DNA of 64,000 nt. Source: Minisyncoccota bacterium (lineage in GTDB: Bacteria; Patescibacteriota; Minisyncoccia; Phycocordibacterales; JAACPR01). Positions 18,168 through 26,104 of the stretch are shown here, one piece after another (position 1 is the first letter of the stretch; each line of letters opens with the position of its first letter). The DNA lies in contig JBAYWG010000001.1 of the NCBI GenBank assembly GCA_041674225.1, forward strand, positions 169,401 to 233,400. The letters are read 5' to 3'. The notes beneath the pieces are model-generated. The model was not told the DNA's origin and did no database searches. It saw only the letters and a program-made list of their open reading frames with translations. The position numbers were made by a program, and so were the translations under genes.

Positions 18168-19799
18168 TTATTTGATAGCAAGACTGCCATCAAATTCCTT
18201 CAAGAATTCCAGGACCAGCTCGATTACTGTTTCCAGATCGAGTTCTCCAAGAAGTTCCGGCAATGTCGCATGAAGAGGACCTATGGGTAGCCCTCCATCC
18301 CACATTGGGTGCAAATGAGGAATATTAATATCCGGCTCCATTTCGTTACCGATCGGAGAAATACTAACTAATCCTTTCAACACGTTGCACAAAATACGAA
18401 ACGATCCGATGTTGTGAATTTTTTCGGTTGAAATGTCCCTGCTTTTGATAGATCTAGTATCAACAACGAAGACATCATCTCCCTTGAAAAAGACACCCGA
18501 GACTTCCGGCCAGGCACTCACCCTTTGGATACGTTCATTGAACAAATCAGTGGTCACAGCAGCAGGAACCTTTACAAGGTTTTGGATAAAAACGTTTTGC
18601 GCTATCATCATCTGATTGCGACGAATATTATTCATCAACTTTTTCAGTTCATTTTCCTTATCCTGCTTCTGTGCTGCTCGTTCATCTACGAACAGATTAC
18701 GGAAAGCCGAGATCACGACAGGATCTTTAAGCGGTGGCTTTTTTGGATAATCGATACTTTTATCAACAACAGGAAACTTCCTCAAAACAGTGAGGTAATC
18801 TCCGTAATGAATTTCGTTTATCGTTCCAATTGCTTTAATGGCAACAAGGATGGACGCTTCGAACTCATAATCCTTGAGTAAAGGAAGAATAACCTTTCCT
18901 TCCCCCATACAAAATTGATTCGTGTACCGATCCACATGAGGATGACCAAAAGTGTGTCTTTCATACTCAACTCGACGAGTGAGGTTTTTAAACACAGCAG
19001 GTGTTTCTTCACCACCTCCAAAGAGAAGCTTGATCTCAAATTGTCCAAATTCATGAAGAATTTTAGTTCCGGGATCAACAGCATACATGGTCTGTGTGGT
19101 GAAAATGATTCTTCTACCATCCACTCTAATGTTCTGAATCTCAGGAATATTCCAAAGAGTTTGAAGCACCTTATCAGCTTCTTCGTAAGCTTGCTGGTTG
19201 TCATCATTCTTTGATACCAAAGAAGAAGTCAAAACAATATCGTTTTGAATCAGCCGACGATTTTCTGTAAGCTGTTTTTGAAGATCAACATCTTTCTTGG
19301 ACTTAGGAATTTTGAATTTCCCATTCTTGATTTGAACAAGACTAGGCAAATCTCCCCTGATGAGATTCATTGCTTCTGTAAGAATGTGTTTATACACATC
19401 CACGTTCGGCTTATTACAGCAATTGTTAGAAGCATCGTAAAGCAAATACAGATTATTTTTTCCAACGAGTTCTGCAACAGCATAATTGCTTTCAGGATCC
19501 ACAATAACAATCCCTCTACCAGAAGGTTGATATAGAGTACGATTACATGTACGAACTCTTTGTTTCCACAACTCGTCTGGAAGCGTCAATTCGACCTTAT
19601 CACCATCAGCAGTACCGAAGACGTTAAGAAAAAATGTAGTTGAAAAACGACGTACATCTCTTTGTCTTCCTTGACAGTTGTACAGTTGAATTTCATTGAA
19701 CCCCAATATTTCCAATGCATCACCCAAAACATCTCGGGTAGCTGATTCAAAAGAATCCGCAACACGAAAATCCCAATTTGTTTTTTCTATTCTTATCAT
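18168..19799 (-). CDS. large tandem E2/UBC-like protein (HPH...Cys297 module plus a Cys-less UEV-like module, with coiled-coil linkers)
   Basis: Residues ~205-335: WNIPEIQNIRVDGRRIIFTT...FGQFEIKLLF...FGHPHVDRYTNQFCMGEG...ILVAIKAIG. This parallels the UBC order GxFxLxLxF...HPNVxxxGxIC...VLLSIQALL. Residues ~425-540 repeat the module (WPEVSGVFFKGDDVFVVDT...IGSFRIL...IPHLHPMWDGG...VIELVLEFL) but have no Cys. Confidence 0.55.
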   Translation of the reverse strand: MIRIEKTNWDFRVADSFESATRDVLGDALEILGFNEIQLYNCQGRQRDVRRFSTTFFLNVFGTADGDKVELTLPDELWKQRVRTCNRTLYQPSGRGIVIVDPESNYAVAELVGKNNLYLLYDASNNCCNKPNVDVYKHILTEAMNLIRGDLPSLVQIKNGKFKIPKSKKDVDLQKQLTENRRLIQNDIVLTSSLVSKNDDNQQAYEEADKVLQTLWNIPEIQNIRVDGRRIIFTTQTMYAVDPGTKILHEFGQFEIKLLFGGGEETPAVFKNLTRRVEYERHTFGHPHVDRYTNQFCMGEGKVILPLLKDYEFEASILVAIKAIGTINEIHYGDYLTVLRKFPVVDKSIDYPKKPPLKDPVVISAFRNLFVDERAAQKQDKENELKKLMNNIRRNQMMIAQNVFIQNLVKVPAAVTTDLFNERIQRVSAWPEVSGVFFKGDDVFVVDTRSIKSRDISTEKIHNIGSFRILCNVLKGLVSISPIGNEMEPDINIPHLHPMWDGGLPIGPLHATLPELLGELDLETVIELVLEFLKEFDGSLAIK

Positions 19800-19839
19800 T
19801 TTGTACTAGGTATAATTTTAAAACAACTTCTGGCAGAAG

Positions 19840-19866
19840 AATATAACACAAATCAAGACATGTCAA
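19840..19866 (-). promoter_or_regulatory. promoter candidate for the E2-like gene
   Basis: Minus strand reads TTGACA (19866-19861), a 15-nt spacer, then TGT-TATATT (extended -10, hexamer 19845-19840). Confidence 0.45.
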
Positions 19867-19876
19867 TTATTAAAAT

Positions 19877-19906
19877 AAAAAGCCGCCACCCAACCAGGGT
19901 GGCGGC
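19877..19906 (-). terminator. rho-independent terminator after the flavoprotein gene
   Basis: Minus strand reads GCCGCCACCC-TGGTT-GGGTGGCGGC followed by TTTTTATTTT. Confidence 0.75.
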
Positions 19907-19913
19907 ATACACA

Positions 19914-21467
19914 TCAGCGAGCGAGCTGATATTCCGCGCTTCTCATAACAACACCAAACAAAACATCTCCAATCCGATGAAGCATGCCAGGAATGACGAT
20001 GGCATTCGGGTTGTGAGGAGTTTCCAACACAGACCCAAAGCCGTAATAACCAGACAAAATCCGCTTCTTAGGATCAGGACTGTGTTTGACGATAAACTCT
20101 CCATCGTAATCAAACAAAGGACACTTATCTACAGGATCGTAGGTGCAGCCCATGCTTTTCATAACTTCCGGCGAATTACCATACCCAATGAGTGTCATGA
20201 TCTTCCCAAAGGGAATTTTTTCAACCTCAGAGTGCTCTTTACGAAAGACGTAGACTTCCTTTCCAGCAACTTCCCAACGATTGACTCCATAAAGAATTTT
20301 TCCATTGTGAAGCGCACGGTAGTAATCACTACGACTTCTCGCAAGATCTCCCTGAAAATCAACCAGATTAGGAAGGGATACATCCCGAAATAATCTGCGT
20401 GCAACTCCATCAACGACAACAGTCGTGTTTGGATTATAAACACATTCTTCAGGGTAGTGAGTAAGAACACGATAGTCCACAGCCGCACCTCGATCAATCA
20501 GATTATGAATCTGAAAAAGCATCTCTGCCGTTGAATTACCGAGTCCGACGAGGATAATTCTCTTACCCTCAACTTCATCGCGATCAATAACCTTCTGCCA
20601 ACGTGAACCGGCTTGGGCAGTGGTCGCTTCAGTAGTCATGCGACTTGGATCAGAAAGCGGTTTTGGTTTACCGAGACCAATCGTATTAATAACGATTGGA
20701 AAAGTTTCTTTTTTTCCATTAGCGAAATGAAGCACGTGCTTCAACTTACCAGGAACAATCTTGACCACCGTCTCCTTTTTAGAACGGTAAGCTAGATTAT
20801 CTAGGAACCGGCGAACTTCTTCACCATCTCCAGGTGCAGGCCGCAAGATTCTATCAAAGAATTGTAGCTGACGTGGATTATTCCTAGACAGTCCAAAGAC
20901 ATTGTTCTGACTCCAGATACCCAGCGGCTTAGACTTCTCATATATGGTAATGTTATTAAAACCAAGTTGTCTGAGCGCGTAAGTGATAAGAATCCCCGCA
21001 GCCCCATAACCGACAACGGCAATTGGAACTCGAGACAAGGAATTTGGAATAGTAGATTGGCTGACAAAAAAAGTTGCCGCACCCTCTCCTAAAAACTGTT
21101 CCGGACTCCGAAGACCGCTATTGGCAAGAGCCAAATCGATACGACGATTCTGCAAATGTTCACCTCGATATTCAGGAAGATTATCTTCACTGTCGATAAA
21201 AGGAAGTGCTTGGGCATAACCATTAAGAACTCCTCCAACATCACCGACTCGAAGAACCAATTCAGAAAAAAGGTTACCCCAACGTCCTGTGTTTGACATT
21301 TCTTGGACAGCATCAAGACTGAATCCTTTCTCGTCAATCCATCTTCTCAGAACACCCAGCGAAACCTTTTTCATAAAAGAATCTCCTAGGGTCTTGAGCT
21401 TTTCACAAGCAGTCACTAAGTCACGAGGAGTTCTTTTTGAACTCATTCTTTTTGAAGCGGTATTCAT
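19914..21467 (-). CDS. flavoprotein with two dinucleotide-binding folds (class-B monooxygenase / pyridine-nucleotide oxidoreductase-like) and a ~150-aa N-terminal extension
   Basis: IAVVGYGAAGILITYAL is FAD-type GxGxxG and IILVGLGNSTAEML is the second GxGxxA fold. TLIGYGNS is ATG-like. No CxxC redox pair is present. Confidence 0.6.
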   Translation of the reverse strand: MNTASKRMSSKRTPRDLVTACEKLKTLGDSFMKKVSLGVLRRWIDEKGFSLDAVQEMSNTGRWGNLFSELVLRVGDVGGVLNGYAQALPFIDSEDNLPEYRGEHLQNRRIDLALANSGLRSPEQFLGEGAATFFVSQSTIPNSLSRVPIAVVGYGAAGILITYALRQLGFNNITIYEKSKPLGIWSQNNVFGLSRNNPRQLQFFDRILRPAPGDGEEVRRFLDNLAYRSKKETVVKIVPGKLKHVLHFANGKKETFPIVINTIGLGKPKPLSDPSRMTTEATTAQAGSRWQKVIDRDEVEGKRIILVGLGNSTAEMLFQIHNLIDRGAAVDYRVLTHYPEECVYNPNTTVVVDGVARRLFRDVSLPNLVDFQGDLARSRSDYYRALHNGKILYGVNRWEVAGKEVYVFRKEHSEVEKIPFGKIMTLIGYGNSPEVMKSMGCTYDPVDKCPLFDYDGEFIVKHSPDPKKRILSGYYGFGSVLETPHNPNAIVIPGMLHRIGDVLFGVVMRSAEYQLAR

Positions 21468-21535
21468 TTGTATGTAATATGGGTTTAAAATTGAACAGTA
21501 TTCGTTTTCGAAATTAACATTATTTTATGCTATTG

Positions 21536-22462
21536 TCAATTTTTTTGGAATTTAATAGTTTGTTCTGTCCAATCAAAATATGGCCAGCTCACAATATTAT
21601 TTCTAGCAAGAATTCTAGGACCCCAATATGATAAGAAGAAAGTTCCAGAGACAATAAGAAGTACAGCAGTAAGGATTACCACACGATTAGTTTTAGCATT
21701 AAGCCATTTTTCAAATCTACCTCCAGTTCCATAGAAAAGAATCAAAAACAATACTGCCATTACAATAATATTTCCAATCCCCTGAAGAACAAAAGCGAGG
21801 CTACCATAAAATGGATTATGAGTTGAGGCCGCGTATTCAAACATTTTTCTAAAAAGTGGAAAGGGACGACCAATTAAAAATGCACCTATAGTTGCACCCA
21901 TGATAAAAGGAGCGGCCCACACATGTTTTGCAAAAAACTTCGAGAATGGATTAGGAATTACTTTAATAGTTCCCAATCCCCAAATAATATAAGTGATTCC
22001 AATCAAGCAGAATACAACAACCGACTGCAAGAGTCGCACTGGCATTCCATTTGAAAGTTGCTCGGTTGAAAGCTGAGGAAGGTTCGAGCCAATCAAAGCA
22101 CCTATCCCGCCATAAAGCGCAGCTACAACAATTAGACCAAGTGACAAAAATCCTAAAGGCTTCAAGACACTTCCAGTTGATCTCTTTCCACTTGAAAGTG
22201 GAGCGATCGCACTAAAAGCACAAATGTTGCAAGCAGTGAAAGTTCCTGCCAAACCTGAAACAAAGGCAAATAATGCACCCATAATTATTCCAGTAATTGG
22301 AGTAGTCTTAGCATCATATCCAAGAAGATTATTAGCTATAGGATCTCCAAGATCACTATCCACAAATGAAGCTGACCAAAATACACTTATAAGAAAACCC
22401 AACAAAACGCTACCTACCACTATTAAAGTTTTTTGTTTTCGGCTTATATTAATTTGTTCCAT
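21536..22462 (-). CDS. polytopic membrane protein, CcdA/DsbD-like, with an intramembrane CxxC
   Basis: 308 aa with about 8 hydrophobic helices. FVSGLAGTFTACNICAFSAIAPL resembles the CcdA first-helix motif (GLLSFLSPCVLPL). Confidence 0.4.
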   Translation of the reverse strand: MEQINISRKQKTLIVVGSVLLGFLISVFWSASFVDSDLGDPIANNLLGYDAKTTPITGIIMGALFAFVSGLAGTFTACNICAFSAIAPLSSGKRSTGSVLKPLGFLSLGLIVVAALYGGIGALIGSNLPQLSTEQLSNGMPVRLLQSVVVFCLIGITYIIWGLGTIKVIPNPFSKFFAKHVWAAPFIMGATIGAFLIGRPFPLFRKMFEYAASTHNPFYGSLAFVLQGIGNIIVMAVLFLILFYGTGGRFEKWLNAKTNRVVILTAVLLIVSGTFFLSYWGPRILARNNIVSWPYFDWTEQTIKFQKN

Positions 22463-22504
22463 ATTTCTAAACTACAATTTTAATATGAACATGTCAATTT
22501 TAGG

Positions 22505-22575
22505 TTGCCCGACAGGGATTCGAACCCCGATTAATGGCTCCAGAAACCACTGTCCTACCATTAGACGATCAGGCA
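22505..22575 (-). tRNA. tRNA-Gln (CTG)
   Basis: Hand fold: TGCCTGA TC GTCT AATGGTA GGAC A GTGGT TTCTGGA GCCAT TAAT CGGGG TTCGAAT CCCTG TCGGGCA A. It has a U1:A72 pair. CCA is not encoded. Confidence 0.85.
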
Positions 22576-22613
22576 ATGTGTGAATATTATCAGTAAACTA
22601 GTTCGTTTCCAAC

Positions 22614-23522
22614 CTATTGAGTTTCCAACGGCTCATTCGTAAAAGGATCTCTAGGACCAGTGTATTCTGGTGGAGCTGGTTCTGCAGGCGCTTCATCTTC
22701 TACTTTTATTAGTTGATCTAAAATTTCAGATGATTGTTCATCTGTTTTATTTAAAAAGAAAAACCAAAAGAAAAATAATCCAATCAAACCTAACAAAACT
22801 ATTAGAACAAAAATCATAGGCCATGGACTTTTTTCAATTTTCTTTTGCTGTTCTTCCGCTAAAACTTTTTCCATTTCTGGCATTCCTGCAAAACCAACAT
22901 TTATATATTGTTGTGCCTGCACTTTTGTTGGCATGAATGGAACACTTGAAACTGGAGCTTCACCTTCTACTGATCCAGTTTCATTTAGAACTTTTGGAGT
23001 CGAGTTCTCTTTTTGATTTGCAATTTCATTTGGCAGAAGTGTCGTTCCGGGAGCTGGCAATCTTTGCCCACCACTTGCCATCAAATGTGCAGCGGTCTGC
23101 GTATTCGTTCCAACATTCATAAAAGTCTGTGCTGAATCTTTTACAGCAGATTGTGCAGAACCTTCTTTTTCAAAACCTACAGGGACGAAACCTTTTTTAA
23201 TTTCCGGATGAACAAAATCATGTTTAAACAATTTTTCTTTTGCTTTTAAATTTTCTTCTGCAGGAGCAACGACAGACGGTGCAACATTTGTCTGACTTTT
23301 TATTAATCCTAAATCTGTATCGACTTCAGGTGATGTTGTTGTTCCAATTGTGGGTACAGGGTTTTTCACTGCCGGTTCACTCCCACGATACTGAGAAAAC
23401 AATTCACTAATGTCTGCATCTTGAAAACCTTGTTTCATCAAAACATCACGAATATCTTCATAATCGCGCCCCTCGGCCAAACTACTCTCAATCAATACTT
23501 GTAATTGTTTTGTTAAAATCAT
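22614..23522 (-). CDS. hypothetical protein with a C-proximal TM segment
   Basis: 302 aa, low-complexity middle region, TM segment PWPMIFVLIVLLGLIGLFFFWFFF. Confidence 0.5.
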   Translation of the reverse strand: MILTKQLQVLIESSLAEGRDYEDIRDVLMKQGFQDADISELFSQYRGSEPAVKNPVPTIGTTTSPEVDTDLGLIKSQTNVAPSVVAPAEENLKAKEKLFKHDFVHPEIKKGFVPVGFEKEGSAQSAVKDSAQTFMNVGTNTQTAAHLMASGGQRLPAPGTTLLPNEIANQKENSTPKVLNETGSVEGEAPVSSVPFMPTKVQAQQYINVGFAGMPEMEKVLAEEQQKKIEKSPWPMIFVLIVLLGLIGLFFFWFFFLNKTDEQSSEILDQLIKVEDEAPAEPAPPEYTGPRDPFTNEPLETQ

Positions 23523-23540
23523 TATTTATTATTCTACTAT

Positions 23541-25172
23541 CTATTTCTTTTTTGCCACTCTCACAAACTCTGTAAAAAGTGGATGAGGAGAAAGAGGTCG
23601 TGCCTTAAACTCTGGATGAAATTGTGTTCCTAGCATAAACGGATGAGATTTTTTTGAAAGTTCTGCAATTTCCATCAATCTTTTATCTTTTGAAGTTCCA
23701 GAAAAAATCAATCCAGAATCTTCGAGTTGAGCAATATATTCTGGATTCACTTCATATCGATGACGATGTCTTTCTGAAATTAACGATTTCCCATACGCTT
23801 TTTCTGCAATTGTTCCCTTTCTCAAAAAACACGGATATTCACCAAGTCTCATTGTGCCACCAAATTCCCCTCTCGCAATTTTTTCTTTTTGATCTGGCAT
23901 CATATCTATCACACAATTTTTTCCATCAGGATTTATTTCTGCAGTCTGAGCATCTTTGATTCCCAAGACATTTCGCGCGTATTCAATTGTCATCAATTGC
24001 ATTCCATAACAAAGTCCTAGATACGGAATTTTATTTTCTCGCACAAATTTTATCGCAGCCATTTTCCCTTCGATACCAGTTTCTCCAAAACCTCCAGGCA
24101 CAATCACTCCATCAAAATCAGCCAGTTCTTTTACAAGCTTCGGATTGTCATCGTATTTTTTAGAATTTATCCAAGTCAATTCCGCTTTTACACCTTCATA
24201 ATATGAAGAATATTTTATCGCTTCAATCACTGACAAATACGAATCCGACAAAACAAAATCCCCAGTATCAAAATATTTTCCAACCACAGCAATCTTCAAA
24301 GCTTTCTTTGTATTTTTTGTTTTTGAAACAAACTTTTTCCAATCAGTTAAATTCGCTTTCGGATTTTTCAAATTCAACTCTTCCGCAATCATTTCTCCAA
24401 TTTTGTCTTTTTCAAAATTAATTGGAACATCATAAATACTTTCAATATCGGGCGCTGAGATTACATTTTCTTTTTGCACATTACACTGAATTGCTAGCTT
24501 TTCTTTTCTTCTTGCATCAAGCGGAACAGAGCTTCTGGCGATAATAAAATCTGCTTGAATCCCGTAAGAGTTCAATTGTCGAATCGCATTTTGAGTTGGC
24601 TTTGTTTTCATTTCTCCCAAAGTTTGTGGAATCGGCAGATAACTCACCATAATAAATAAAACATCTTTCGGATTTTTTAATTTCAAAACACGCGCCGCTT
24701 CCATGAACATAATGTTTTGATAATCCCCAATCGTCCCTCCAATTTCTACAATAGTTACATCTGATTTATTTAATACTCCAGACTTTTCATATCGCCGTAG
24801 TATTTCATCTCTAATATGCGGAATCGCCTCTACACAATTTCCTCCATACTTTCCTTGTCGTTCACGATCGATAACATGTTTATAAACCATTCCAGAAGTT
24901 AGATAATCCGCTGTCGACAAATCGCGATTTAAAAATCTTTCATAATTCCCCATGTCCTGATCTGTTTCTAAACCAGAGTTCATCACAAAAGTTTCTCCGT
25001 GCTCTTTTGGATTCATCGTACCTGCGTCCACATTCAAATAAGGATCAACTTTCATCAAGTTGACCTTATTTCCCATAGATTGAAGTATAGTACCAATAGA
25101 GGCGGTGCTTATACCTTTGCCGACTCCTGACATCACTCCTCCTACGACAAAAATATATTTGTGGCCTTTCAT
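23541..25172 (-). CDS. pyrG: CTP synthase
   Basis: KYIFVVGGVMSGVGKGI N-terminus and a glutamine amidotransferase domain with GLCYGMQ and HRHRYEVN. Confidence 0.95.
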   Translation of the reverse strand: MKGHKYIFVVGGVMSGVGKGISTASIGTILQSMGNKVNLMKVDPYLNVDAGTMNPKEHGETFVMNSGLETDQDMGNYERFLNRDLSTADYLTSGMVYKHVIDRERQGKYGGNCVEAIPHIRDEILRRYEKSGVLNKSDVTIVEIGGTIGDYQNIMFMEAARVLKLKNPKDVLFIMVSYLPIPQTLGEMKTKPTQNAIRQLNSYGIQADFIIARSSVPLDARRKEKLAIQCNVQKENVISAPDIESIYDVPINFEKDKIGEMIAEELNLKNPKANLTDWKKFVSKTKNTKKALKIAVVGKYFDTGDFVLSDSYLSVIEAIKYSSYYEGVKAELTWINSKKYDDNPKLVKELADFDGVIVPGGFGETGIEGKMAAIKFVRENKIPYLGLCYGMQLMTIEYARNVLGIKDAQTAEINPDGKNCVIDMMPDQKEKIARGEFGGTMRLGEYPCFLRKGTIAEKAYGKSLISERHRHRYEVNPEYIAQLEDSGLIFSGTSKDKRLMEIAELSKKSHPFMLGTQFHPEFKARPLSPHPLFTEFVRVAKKK

Positions 25173-25174
25173 AA

Positions 25175-26101
25175 TTATCTGATGCGCAAGTATCTTTTAA
25201 TTGCTAAGAAGCTTGAAACTGAACCAATGAATATTCCTGAACCAACTATTATCAAGAACATTTCCCCAAAAGAGCTAATGTAGTATTCAAAAATATTTGT
25301 CTCTACAAAAAATCTTTCTGTGATTGGACCAAGCCAAAATGTTACCGGCCAGAATATTATCAGTGTAATAACAGAAGAAACGATTCCGTACATTGCACCT
25401 GTTACCAAGAATGGCCCTGTGATAAAGTTGCTCGAAGCTCCAACTAGTTTCATTACATTAATTTCATCTTTTGAAATAAACATCGCAAGACGAATTGTGT
25501 TTAGCGTAATCAAAATTGAAATGATTATGAATATTATTGTAACAATCGCACCAAGTTTTTCTCCTGCATCAATAATCTGACCAAGCTGATCAATAGCTTG
25601 CTTGTTTTGGAAATAATTTACTTTCTCCACAATACTCACTCCATCTCCAATTGGATAATTTTGTTCCAAGAAATTTGCTACACCCTCGTACTGAGAAGGT
25701 TCTTTAGCTTTAATATTTAGCACTGCCCCAAGAGGGTTTGCGTCAAGCTCGTCTAGAGCTTCTAGAGTTTTTTGATCATTCTTGTGTCTTTCTCGGAAAT
25801 TTTCTAGCGCAACATCTTTTGAAACATAAGAAACAAAATCAACTTCTGGCAATTCTTCGATAGAAGATTTAACACTCAAAATATCCATCTCTACAGCATC
25901 TGGTACAAAATAAACATTGATATCAACTTTGTCTTCAATAGAAACTAAAGATTTTTTCAAAAGAGCTGAAGAAAAAATCACACTTCCGATAACAAACAAA
26001 GTAATAATCATCACCAACACCGCAGAAAGTGAAACCACACCGTTACGCCAAAACTGCACAAAACCTGTTCTAAATATTCTTCTTAAATTAAGCATTAACA
26101 T
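25175..26101 (-). CDS. ftsX: cell division permease-like protein FtsX
   Basis: 308 aa with TM1, a large extracytoplasmic loop and three C-terminal TMs. It lies directly downstream of ftsE. Confidence 0.8.
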   Translation of the reverse strand: MLMLNLRRIFRTGFVQFWRNGVVSLSAVLVMIITLFVIGSVIFSSALLKKSLVSIEDKVDINVYFVPDAVEMDILSVKSSIEELPEVDFVSYVSKDVALENFRERHKNDQKTLEALDELDANPLGAVLNIKAKEPSQYEGVANFLEQNYPIGDGVSIVEKVNYFQNKQAIDQLGQIIDAGEKLGAIVTIIFIIISILITLNTIRLAMFISKDEINVMKLVGASSNFITGPFLVTGAMYGIVSSVITLIIFWPVTFWLGPITERFFVETNIFEYYISSFGEMFLIIVGSGIFIGSVSSFLAIKRYLRIR

Positions 26102-26104
26102 AAA

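Noticed and set aside
18433-19535. Several plus-strand and alternative-frame ORFs inside the E2-like gene: 18433-18615, 18525-18881, 18818-19207, 18915-19214 and 19245-19535.
   Set aside because: They lie entirely within, and mostly antisense to, a longer ORF that has coherent motifs. Their low-complexity composition is typical of shadow frames. The same reasoning applies to 1609-1896, 12296-12721, 20195-20497, 30366-30740, 42964-43368, 45073-45537 and 62502-62999.
16079-22504. Searched for mobile-element boundaries of the GC-elevated Ubl segment: an integrase, a transposase, or a direct repeat of the tRNA-Gln 3' end.
   Set aside because: No integrase or transposase ORF is present. The only similarity to the tRNA 3' half near ddl is a 7-nt TCGAACC inside the terminator hairpin, which is not significant. 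It is therefore not called a mobile element.
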